Shown piece after piece: positions 11,915 through 23,027 of a DNA stretch of 64,000 nucleotides (position 1 is the stretch's first letter; each line of letters begins with the position of its first letter). The notes beneath the pieces are model-generated. The model had not been told where the DNA came from and searched no databases. It saw only the letters and a list, made by a program, of their open reading frames with translations. The stretch comes from Macrostomum hystrix (taxonomy: Eukaryota; Animalia; Platyhelminthes): positions 124,001 to 188,000 of the forward strand of contig CATNEN010000041.1 of NCBI GenBank assembly GCA_950097015.1, read 5' to 3'. A program made the translations under genes and the position numbers.

Positions 11915-12960
11915 ACACAAGGGGCTCGTCCGGCGTGCCGCTAAGCGATAAAGCATGTGCACAGGCTCAAACTACAAAAAACAATCCATGCGCAGCCGCA
12001 TGACGTACTTTTTATGAATTATTGATTCGGACGTCTTAAGTAATAGAAAATGATATAAGTCGAAATAAAAAAAAAATTTTACATGTAAACTGACACCCTT
12101 TACATTGCATTCATTGTTTTGATACTGGAATTTAACTTTTTTGTCATTTGTCAACTTTTTATTAATAGACAATATAAAATAAACTTTTATCATTCGATTT
12201 TGATAAACGACTCGAATAGCAAAGAAACGAAAACAAAAAGAAACAAATAGCAAAGAGAAAGTAATTACAAAAGCGCAGTAAAAAGTTAATTGCGAAACGA
12301 TTTGCTGCACTCGAAGTCCTTAAATTGTGACTTTAATCGTATATCATTTATAATTTAAAAATAGTTTAATTACGACAGCTGTTAAATGGATTTTTTGCTC
12401 TAACTATAAAAACCTTAAATGTAACTTAAATAAATATTTTATGTCAAACCATGGAATAAAAACTATTTACTAGCTTTCTATAATAACTTTTTGTTTTATG
12501 CTATTCTCTAACTTTTTAAACTGCATTATTATTACATTATTAATTAAGAGTACGTTTCGTTAAAAATTGTGAATGTTAACTGATATGAATGAGACACGTT
12601 GTTCCGTTATTTCGTGGTTTTTGTACTAACAGTAACTAAGCCCACAAATAATGTTTTATTTCTCGATTAAAACTATTTTTTGTTTCAATATGTATTAGTA
12701 ATTTTCTGATGGAAGGTCTGTGCCCAGGGTTCATGGGCACTTCGTCATCAGCTTTTTCGTCATACCCGATGACTGAGTGACATACTGAGTGACATAGTGT
12801 TTATTTAGCCATACAGGCATAAGCCGCAGTTTCATGTCATCGTTTTTTAGTTCTTATATGATGCATATTATAAATATAATATTTTTGAAGTTAAAGAGTT
12901 AAAAAGTAGAAAAAGTCAAAGTGGATCTAAAATTTTAGATAGCTAAAGTAACTGTATCTA

Positions 12961-13322
12961 AAATCTTTAGCTGTGTGGACTCGCGGCACAGCCGCCGTGT
13001 CCCTAGCTCTGTGTATGGGGACACGGCGGCCGTGTTCCTAGTAATCTACCACTCACATGCCTGGGGGCACGGCGGTTGTCTCTGAACAATGGGCTTTAAA
13101 TGCAACATGATTCGACATGTGAGTGGTAGATTACTAGGAACATGGCCGCATGCCTGGGGGCACGGCGGTTGTCTCTGAGCAATGGGCTTTAAATGCAACA
13201 TGATTCGACATGTGAGTGCCTGAGTGGTAGATTACTCGGAACACGGCTGCCATGTCCCCATACACAGAACTAGGGACACAGGTCACACAGCGGCCATGCC
13301 GCAAGTCCACACAGCTAAAGAC
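12961..13322. repeat. Foldback-like element: about 95-bp imperfect inverted arms around an internal tandem duplication of about 75 bp
   Basis: tttagctgtgtggactcgcggc...gtaatctaccactcacatg (12966-13059) is the approximate reverse complement of 13209-13321; catgcctgggggcacggcggttgtctctg..cgacatgtgagtg occurs twice between the arms. Confidence 0.75.
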
Positions 13323-13703
13323 ACGGCCGCTGTGGCTCTAGGCACAGAGTAGCATGGTAGCTAGGGACACGGCAGCCGTGTCCTTAGACATAGAGTTAGA
13401 GGCACAGCCGCCGTGTCCCTAATGAAATATCCTAATAAATAGTGAAATTGTTACTTTGCTTTAGTAAACAATCACTGAACTAAAAAAGCAGAAACAGCCA
13501 TTTAAATTTGTGCCATAGTTAGGGGTAAGTTAGCCTTTGCTCAGTAAAAATAAGGCAGTCTATATCATGACATGGTATCATATATCATGATATGGACCGA
13601 TATGGAATCAATGTAAAATTGATGGAATGTTGCACAGCAGGCATCTAACATGAGACATTACAGTGTCTGACATGTGGAAGTACCATATCTAAAAGGTTAC
13701 AGT

Positions 13704-14661
13704 ACTGTATCTAACAGGTGAAAACATATATAGCATACTGTTGGCAGTGTCACCTGCTTTTTGAAAGCACGAAAACTAATTTTGTGTTTCATGTCAAACA
13801 GGGCTACATGGAGAGTCACCAGTGTCGCTATCAGCTGCAGGCCTTAGCCATGGAATTGTAGCAGGTTTGTGTAGCAGGCTTGGCCAAACCTGCTATAGCT
13901 GCTGAAGCAATCACAGCCTGTGCAATTTGGCATTGTCATAATTAAGAACTGGTCAAAAATACGCTGTCACTATTTTTTTATTTCGGCAACAATTTTGTTG
14001 CTATGGCAACAAGGTTGACTCAGTTTAGGCTTCATCTAAAGATAATTTATTACTTTATTTCTTATTCTAATACACTTGCTAATACACAAACCAAACTGAA
14101 AAGGGATAGAAACTAAATTAGCTTATTTAGTGTCAGTATTCATTGCACAGACTCACTAATTCATTTTAAGGTATGAAAACCTACAACTGAGGAGCCAGGG
14201 TCAGCAGAATATGTTAAATTGAAAATGTTACAAAATGTGTATTGGAGCTCTGCACCTGGCTTGATCAGTTAGGATTTTGACATAGCAACCAGCTTGCTTA
14301 ATTGTTGCTTGACCATCATTAATTTGGCAATTAGCAATTTGATGAAATATCCAATTAAAAATTCACATACTCATAGTTGAGCTGCATAATTTTTGTTCAA
14401 ACTTTAGTCAAAATCAGGCACAAATTCAAATTTCTTTCTGATTTAATTGATCTATAGTTTATGTGATAACTGGGTGTACTTGAGGATTTTGTATCTGATC
14501 TGTATATATTAACAAAAATATGTAGAAATGTTGTTAGCGACACTGGTGACTCTCCATGTAGCCCTGTTTGACATGAAACACAAAATTAGTTTTCGTGCTT
14601 TCAAAAAGCAGGTGACACTGCCAACAGTATGCTATATATGTTTTCACCTGTTAGATACAGT
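13704..14661. repeat. Perfect 127-bp inverted repeat (13704-13830 / 14535-14661) with 704-bp spacer
   Basis: Arm-by-arm comparison shows no mismatch over 127 nt; no clear TSD. Confidence 0.95.
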
Positions 14662-15061
14662 GTGTCACACCTATTAGACACAATATTTTCACCTGTTAGA
14701 TACAGAAGTGTTGCTACCTGATCTATACTGTCTCATTGTGTAATCAGCAGATACTAGGGTATCTGCATCATTAGCTGGCTCTAAGAACATTTTGGAATTG
14801 ATAACATCCTTGAAGTATTTTGTCACAACTATTGGCCTCAGCAAATGTTTGCTACTTACTGTTTATAAAAAATTGCTAACTCAAAACTTTTTGCTACCTT
14901 ATTTTCAGAATAAAAAGCTGGGTGTCATGTTGTTTTGGATCTGAGAATTAAGCAATAATTGGATCTTGGTTTTAAGTTTTTATGATCCAGGCTATAAATT
15001 GTCAGATTATTGCCTTTTAAGTTGTTAAGTGGTGAGAGCAAACAATTTGATTGCTCTCATA

Positions 15062-15341
15062 CATACATGCGCAACACCCGGCCGACCCAGCCGAACCGGC
15101 CGGGTGAAACGAGGGCCAAGCAAGGTAAGTCGCAAAAACCAATCAACCAAGCGCAAAAAATCAAAGGGGGGACCAAGGGACAAAAAAGGAAGGCGTGAAA
15201 AAAAGGAAAAAGGGGAGAGAAAAAGAGAGCAAATGAGAGCAAACTAAGTCGTAAATAGAGCAATGAAACGAACTAAGTCGCAAATGAGAGCAAAAACTAA
15301 GTCGCACGGCCGGCTAAGATTTGGGAGGTTGCGCATGTATG
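15062..15341. mobile_element. hAT-superfamily MITE, copy 1 (280 bp)
   Basis: 14-bp TIR CATACATGCGCAAC / GTTGCGCATGTATG; 8-bp TSD CTCTCATA at 15054-15061 and 15342-15349. Confidence 0.93.
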
Positions 15342-15407
15342 CTCTCATAGCTGCTATTTATTCAGACAAATTTATTGGATATAGGTTCAAAGTGTAAAAA
15401 TGTTATT

Positions 15408-15712
15408 GAGGTTGTAGCCTACTGCTTAGGAAATTGGACTCATGATTTAATGGTCAGGGATTCGGTTCCCAACTCCACTGGAACAATTTGTGTCCTTTTA
15501 GCAAAACAGTTAAGTAGCATTGCTTCAGTTCACCCAGCTGTTAAATAGATATCAGCATTAGCTGCGATAATTGAAGGTGGGTGTGGCGTCTCCCAGTCCA
15601 TGGACTGAACAGCTGTACGCAGCCTTCAGATGCGCCGCACAATAGCTGTGGCTGTGCTGTTGGCTGCACATCTGGCCCAATGGAGGCATGTCTAATGAAT
15701 TAATTAACAAAA
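15408..15712 (+). mobile_element. tRNA-derived SINE family A (CORE-like middle domain), copy 1
   Basis: Degenerate tRNA head (gttgtagcctactgc...gggattcggttccc), CORE-like tgtgtccttttagcaaaacagttaag..cagctgttaaatag, and 3' part gggtgtggcgtc.cccagtccatggactg..gcagccttcagatg..ggctgcacatctg shared with 22421-22674 and 49831-50065. Confidence 0.75.
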
Positions 15713-15901
15713 ATAATTAGAAACACACAACAGAGGGAAAATCACAATTTAATTATTATTCTCTACTTAAAAAAAGAAAGTTTATTTTCTTAGCTTGCGA
15801 AAATGTTTTCGAGTATGTATTATCAAATACTCGTAATATATAGTCAATGATGGCAATCACAGATTGAATCATCAACAATATCTGCCTGTGACATTGCAGC
15901 C

Positions 15902-18288
15902 ATGCCGTCAGCCAGAAAGTCGCCACTAATCTCCTGCGAAGACTGTGGCAAGCAGTTCAAAAGTCACTACATCCTCATCCTGCACGCCCGCTACCATCGC
16001 AAGGAGAGCAACTACATATTCCAGCGCCACAATGCCTCCGGCTACCAGCCCGAGGCTGACAGCGCCGCTGGAGAGGCTCAGCACCGCGACGATCCCGACG
16101 AGCCGCCGCCTGCGTCGAACAGCCCACCAGCAGTCCTGGGCCAGCTGTCTCCGCCGCACCTGCCTAACCCGATGGCGCCCGACATGGAAGCCGGCCATCC
16201 GGACAACGACGAGGACAATGTCCACCTGGAGGAGGAGGCCAGCGGTCAGGATCGGGACGAGGAGGAATATTCCGTTAACGAGACTGGCCGAGGTCGCGGA
16301 TCCAGAGCCACTGACTACAATGACGACGACGATGATGAAGAGGATTATGAGATGGAGAGCGCCGAAGAGCTGGAGTGCGAGATCTGCGACGCCCGCTTTC
16401 ACCAGGCCAGTGGATTAAACCACATTAATCTATGTTGTTGTGCAACTTTTTCTTCGAAGTTTTTGGAATTAAGTATTGGATTTCGCAGGGATTTTTGCAG
16501 GATTCTTAAAGTCTAGATACCACTGGGATATGTGTCTAATAGTAATTACAATAATTGCAGAAGGGCTGTGGGCACATCATTTGGTGACAGTAAACTCCGA
16601 AGCCAGCGATTCCGCCCATTTCGCTGACTCCTGAGCGCACACGCACACCGATACGGTACTCAGGTACATACTCACACAGGTGTGTACATCTGCCGTGACT
16701 TTCTCATCGTCAGGCAGTGTACACTCTCACTGTGCCCTCAAGGTTGGCCCTGAATTGCACGACAAGTCCCCTAGTCTTCTGTTCTCGGCTGCGCTCCAAA
16801 TGAATGTGGCCTTACCGCGGAATCTACCTTGGTGCGAGAGTCAAACGCGTTAGACCGCTCCGCCGCTAACCCCCTAATTACTAGGATTTCAAATGAGATC
16901 AGGGTGTACAACAGAAGCCGAAGGGGTTCTAGAATAAGGCTTAGAAGTATTACTTATACAAAATTGTTGTTCCTGCAGGTGCTGGAGCTGCTGAAGCACA
17001 TCCGGGTGCACCGGTACGAGCTGACCGAGTCCAACTACCAGCAGTACCGCCGCAAGATTGTCACCACCTACCGGCCCAACAATGTCCGGCTGGATCTTCG
17101 CCGACTAGCCGACGAAGCCGGCCGCGGACAGGAGGCCATCTACGAAGGTGGCGGCGGAGGCGGGCGGCACGCGGCGCAGCAGGGCGCGGCCGGCGGCGGC
17201 TTGCGGCCAGTGGAGGCGGCCAACGCCAGCACGGAGTACGAGTGCGACTACTGCGGCAAGCGGTTTCCCACCGCCTCCAATCTGCGCCGGCACATTCCCG
17301 TGCACACCGGCGAGCGGCCTCACCAGTGCCCGTTCTGCGGCTGCCGGTTCGGTGACCGGTCCTACATGCTGAAGCACACCAGATTTGTGCACAACGTGGA
17401 GCTGGCCAGGGTGCAGAAGGCCAAGACCCGGCCGCGCTACGCCAGCAGCGCCTGCTTTAAGGTGAGCCATTGGGAACCTGGGATATTACCTGCTTGATTA
17501 CCTGCTAAATGGATAGTTATAATAATGGGTGTAGTCCTATTTGGTAACAGTAGCCCATTCCTCCTGAACAAACATCGTCAGCCAGTGTACACTCTGTACC
17601 TTCGGGGTTGGCCCTCATGGGTTCACCGCGGAATGTGGATTCACCGCGGAATCGAGCTCGGGTGGCTTTTGCTAGAGTCGAACCGTTAGTTGATTTGCCA
17701 TGCACTCCCTGTTTGACTGGATAGTAGAGGTTGGGGCAGTTACCGCCAGTTCTACGCGAGTTGTCTATAAGAACCGCGCCCAACCTCGAAATACAGTGCC
17801 AGATCTGCAATCGCTACTTTGAGAACGGCGACATTCTGGCCGTCCACCTGGAAAAGTACCACAGCCGGCCCGGCGAAAGCGCCCGGCATCAGCAGCAGCA
17901 AAAGCAGCAGCTGCTGCTGCGCCAGCGCCAGCATAGGTCGCCCCGCTCCCGCCAAGCCGATGTTGGTGACGTCGCGGTCGAAGACGAGGACGCCGACGAG
18001 TACCCGGAGGAGGAGGACGCCCTGCTGGGCGGGCACCAAGCGGCCGAGCCAGATACGGAGACCCTGTTCTCCTGCGACCAGTGCGACTTCATCTCCGCCG
18101 ACCTGGCCCAGCTGCATGCCCACCTGGCAGAGCACGGTGAGCAGCAGCACGACCCGGCAGCCGCTGTTGGCGCCTCCGCCCAGCAGCAGCAGCTCTCGAT
18201 GTCGCCACCAGCCGCAGCTGTTGTTGGCGCCGACGATGCGAAGCCGCGCCTGACTGTGACCATCTCGGATGGCCGGGCGGACTTGTGA
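15902..18288 (+). CDS. C2H2 zinc-finger protein with 6 dispersed fingers; exons 15902-16405, 16979-17461, 17797-18288
   Basis: Splicing restores split fingers CEICDARFHQ|VLELLKHIRVH and FK|CQICNRYFENGDILAVHLEKYH; TGERP linker present; intron 1 requires a GC donor. Confidence 0.85.
16612..16873 (-). mobile_element. tRNA-derived SINE family B, copy in ZF intron 1
   Basis: Reverse complement begins ggggttagcggcggagcggtctaacgcgtttgactctcgcacc (A-box-like); body homologous to 58785-59032 and 52258-52400. Confidence 0.75.
17570..17690 (-). mobile_element. SINE family B, diverged partial copy in ZF intron 2
   Basis: Shares cagtgtacactct..ggttggccctca and aatgtgg..accgcggaatc with 16612-16873. Confidence 0.5.
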
Positions 18289-19043
18289 CAACTTTCCCGA
18301 GTGCTGAGTGCTGAGTGTTTCAGTCCGATTAGCTCGGCCATTCTGTGCTGACCTGTTTTTTTCCCGGGCGAAAAAATTTCAACCGACTGCGGCTTGTTTT
18401 GGTCTGGCATTTTAGTCTGTAGCGAACTGCAGCTCTGTTATTTTATTAATAACTAGTTTGTTCATTGTACATTGCTTTAGTTACTGTACTGTACTTGTGC
18501 CAGCAGGTTCTCAGCCTGATCATGTCCGCTGCTTGCACCTGTCCGCTGGCGCTCTTGTCTCGTCTCGTTAACCTTATTTAGTGTTGTGAGGCCTATTTGT
18601 ATGTTGTGTTCTTGCTGTTGTTCTTATTATAAATAAGTTGTTAAATATGTTAACCCAATGTACCCTGTACATCCATTGTGTGCAAAACGACCTGCGTTTA
18701 TTTAGTTTGTATTTCAATTAAATTTCAAGGTTTGCAAGCAGTAGAGTGCTGTCTGTCAACTCTGCTATCGCAAGAGATACACAATGTTCAGCCTAAAATC
18801 CTGTCTGCCTCCTTGAGTTTATTACCTGTATGTTTAGACACTCGCTATTCGTCACAATGGGAAACAGGGTTGCGTCTATGTCTAGATTATGTCTAGACAG
18901 CCTCTACGCCAGCCAGGGGAGCAGAACAATTTGTATACTTGTATAACTTGTATAATTTTACCAAGCTGGCCAGCAATACAAGCTAAAAGGCGGGCCTAAT
19001 CGCGGATGAAACAAAAGAAGCCAAAAATAAGCTTCAATAATTA

Positions 19044-19073
19044 TTTATTCAGAGTCTTAAGACTCTGAATAAA
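19044..19073. other. Perfect 30-bp palindrome TTTATTCAGAGTCTTAAGACTCTGAATAAA carrying AATAAA on both strands
   Basis: Self-reverse-complementary over 30 nt with no loop; lies between convergent genes. Confidence 0.9.
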
Positions 19074-19993
19074 CTCAGAGCCTCACTCGTATCACGGATA
19101 TATACAATATACAATATATACAATATACAACACGGGCTGGCACTACGTGGTGGGCATGAAGCCCATCAGTCCGAGAGCTGGAAGCGCTGGCAAGCGGCTC
19201 ATAAGCCAGGACAACTTCACCAGGCCCATCGCGAAAAACGCATCACTCAAGGGTAAGCCGAATGTCTTCTGTCAGGCCTGTCGGCTTTTCAGCAGAGGCC
19301 TCGGCCAGTACGCAGTTTCAGTCTACCCAACCACAGCAAACCAAAGGCAGGGCGCTGACATACTCGAGGTCTGCGGAAGATGCGGCCTTCAGGCACCAGA
19401 GAGGCACTCTATTTCTGCAGGAGTTCTGCAAGCTCATGAGCTAGCACATGCACACGGATCAGCTGTGACATTGTTTAAAGGCTGCAGGAAGCCTTCTACA
19501 ATAAGCCGGTTAAAAGAAACAGCGAGGGATGTCTGCCAAACTGTTGAGGAATGAGGAACCGTACTCTAACCAAGCTGCTATTTGTCTATCTGTGATCTGT
19601 GTCCGTGACTGGCCTACAGCCGGAATCACTTGCGAAATCAGATTACAGCACCAGCCAATGGCTGCCCTCAATGTTGTCTAGACAAGCCTTCTTTCACCTG
19701 ACAATCTGTAATGTCTGCTAATTTCTAACCTCTAGTTGTGTAGCCGACTCAGTGGCGAATATGTTAGTCACAGTAGTGTTTTATTCTAGAACAACTTAAA
19801 GCAGAAAGTTTAGCGAAAAAGGCCGAAAACAATTAAAAGTTAGCGAATCAAATGCCGAGAAGATCAATGAAGATTTTTTAAAAGAAAAATTGCTGTTTGC
19901 ATACTCGCCAGTAGTATATTATCAGTGAAAAATCGAATCAATTTCTAAAATCATTGGCACAGGAAGTCATAAGCGAAGCGCATTTTCGCCTGC

Positions 19994-22900
19994 TCACATG
20001 CGTAGGATGGGGTAGGCCGCCCAGCTGGCTGCGTGCGGCTCCCCCGGCTGTCTGGGGACCGCGCGGTCCTGCCGGGCCAGGCCGGAGTAGTGCTGCACAA
20101 TGCGCAGTAGCCGGTCCAGGTGCTGCGGGGAGGCGGGGCGCTTGAGCTGCGTGGGCTGCTCTTGGTGAGAACTGAGACAGACAGTGAAATCCCAACTCAC
20201 CAGTCTGGTGTCGGCAGGCCGGATGACATCGTCCACCCACAGTTCACCGGCGGCTTTGAACGCGTCGACGCTGTCAGCGTCTTTGCCGAGGTCTGCGGTG
20301 TCTAGGCGCTTCGCCAGGCGAGCGTTCGGCCAGGCCAGCACGAAGTCCGGGCTCATGGGGCGCCCGCCCTGCGATTAGTCAGATGGGAGACTGGCAATGT
20401 GAAGGCCGAATCCTCCATCACATAGTTGAGAAATCCCAACCCAGACCCAATCCTCCATCACACAGGTGAGAAATCCCAACCCAGACCCAATCCTCCATCA
20501 CACAGGTAAGAAATCCCAACCCAGACCCAATCCTCCATCACACAGGTAAGAAATCCCAACCCAGACCTAATCCTCCATCACACAGGTGAGAAATCCCAAC
20601 CCAGACCTGATTCTCCATCACATAGGTGAGAAATCCCAACCCAGACCCCATCCTCCATGATATAGGTGAGAAATCCCAACTTAGATCTGATCCTCCATCA
20701 CATTGGTGAGAAATCCCAAACCAGACCTAATCCCCCATCACACAGGTGAGAAATCCCAACCCAGACCCAATCACCCATCACACAGGTAAGAAATCCCAAC
20801 CCAGACCCAATCCTCCATCACACAGGTAAGAAATCCCAACCCAGACCTAATCCTCCATCACACAGGTGAGAAATCCCAACCCAGACCTGATTCTCCATCA
20901 CATAGGTGAGAAATCCCAACTTAGATCTGATCCTCCATCACATTGGTGAGAAATCCCAACCCAGACCTAATCCTTAATCGCACAGGTGAGAAATCCCAAT
21001 CTTTATCGAACTTGGACTGTCTAGGTGGCAAAATCATCGCCTAATTCCGTCAGCGCACCATGAGGTAATAGTCGCAGCCGGCGGCGTCGCCCACAACGAC
21101 AGTGAGGCGGGGCAGCGGGAAGGTGGCCACGAGGGCCATCATCCGCGCCTTGGCCCGCAGGCAGGCAGCTGCGGCTTCGGCCGCAGTCGGGCTGTCGCCG
21201 ACCGCATCGGCCGGAAGTTCGGGCTCGGTGTGCAGCAGCGACAGTAGCGGGAGGCCGCGATGGCCGCAGAGCTCCAGGAAGTGCGCGCCCTTGATGGCGT
21301 CTTTCTCGCCTATCCGGGTCCAACTGCCCATCAGACCGACTGTACGACTGCAACCATAGCGAGTAAAAGTGCGAGTTGACAGAATACACATGAGGACATG
21401 AGGGATCGCACACAGGCAGGTAGGCATTCAACTGACCCGCAGAGGCGGCCGAAGCCGCACAAGAGGCCCCTGCTGAAGGTGGGTTTAAACTCGAGCAGCT
21501 GGCTGGAGTCCAGAAGGCGGGCCAGGATGTTCAGCAGGCAGTCGCGCCGAGCCTCGCCGTCCAACGCGGCCAGGTTGAGGCCGAGGCAGTCCAGGTCGGC
21601 GGCGGGGAACAGCGGATCCGCGAACGGCTCCTCGGTGGACGACGATGGCGGCTGCGGCAGCGTCCCAGCGATGTCGCGCATCAGGCGGAAGCCTTCGGCC
21701 TCGTCGGCGGCGAAATGATCCGAGCAGCCGCTGACGCTGGAGTGCAGCGCCGCTCCGCCCAGCTCCTCGGCGGTGACTATTTCGCCGAGGGCGGCCTGCA
21801 CCAGCGGGGGGCCGCCCAGGAAGATGTGGCCGATGCGGTCCACCATCACCACCTGGTCGCACATGGTGGGCACGTAGGCGCCGCCGGCGGTGCTGGAGCC
21901 CAGAACCAGGGCCAGCTGGGAGACTCCGCGGGCGTTCAGTACCGCCTCATTGTAGAAGGTGCGGCCGCCGTGCTGGCCGTCTGGAAAAATTTCTGACTAG
22001 ATGGGAATGGCGGGGTGGGATCAGAGCTGAAGCCGTGCAAATAAAGACTCTTAGGGCGGGTTGTGCTACAGTAAAGGGCGTAGAGCCACGGAGCGGCACG
22101 AACCTGCAACGGCAGGAAGGCGCCGCCGCTGTCAACCAGGTAGACCACAGGAATCCGGCAGGTGGCGCTGACCTCCTGCAGTCGGAGCATCTTCTTCACC
22201 CCGATGGGATAGAGGGTGCCGCCTTTCACCGTGGCGTCATTGGCTGCGGCGATGCACAGGCGGTCCTTGATGCGGCCGATGGCTGCGGGGAGAAGGGGGG
22301 CAGAAAGGTGGAGCTAGGGAGGGAAGAAGGCGTACCACAGAAACTGGGGGGGGGGGGGAAGGCGTACCACAGAAACTGGGGGAAGGGGAAGATGGCGTAC
22401 CACAGAAACTGGGGAGGGGAATAATGATAATAATAATTTACACCTGATCGGGCCAGATGTGCAAAACAAAACTTTTGTACTGCTGTTCAGTCCATGGACT
22501 GGGGGAACCCACACCCAACCCCAATTATACCAGCTAATTCTGGCATCCAATTAACACTAAAGCAATGCAGAGTTAGGCGTCTTGCTTATGGAAAGATTAT
22601 TCCAATGAAGACGGGAATCGAACCCTAGACCTTCAAGTCGTTAGTCCGCTACTCAAACCACTAGGCTACAACCCGTACTAGGCTACAAGGGGACTGTACA
22701 GGGTGAGAAGGCTGAGCGAGAAGCCTCACCACTGATGGAGCCAGCAGCGGGCACGGTGCCGTAGGGCATGTCGTGGCCGGCCAGCCGGTTGATCTCGTAG
22801 AACTCGCCGCCGTCAAAGAGCATTCGCAGGCGCTCTCTTGGCGCAACCTTCTTGTTGACGCCGCAGTGGCGCTGGTGGCCGCGCGGACCGCCGCCGGCGC

Positions 22901-23027
22901 GCGCCTCCGCCTCCAGCGAGTCAAGCGAAGCCTGCAGGCGGCGCATCGCGGCCGCTGATTGGCCGGAGCCGCCCAGATGGGCCAGCGGGCAGCCAATCAG
23001 AGCTCGGACTGGCCGGGTCAGCCGCAT
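19994..23027 (-). CDS. MCCC2: Methylcrotonoyl-CoA carboxylase beta (carboxyltransferase)-like protein, divergent MCCC2 paralogue, about 6 exons
   Basis: [67 protein letters not shown] and [10 protein letters not shown] motifs; basic N-terminal presequence-like segment. Confidence 0.85.
20411..21000. repeat. 40-bp intronic minisatellite, about 15 copies (MCCC2-like last long intron)
   Basis: Unit tcctccatcacacaggt(g/a)agaaatcccaacccagacccaa. Confidence 0.95.
22421..22674 (-). mobile_element. SINE family A, copy 2 (MCCC2-like intron 1)
   Basis: Reverse complement: gggttgtagcctagtggtttgagtagcggactaacgacttgaaggtctagggttcgattccc (A and B boxes), followed by the family A 3' part. Confidence 0.75.
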
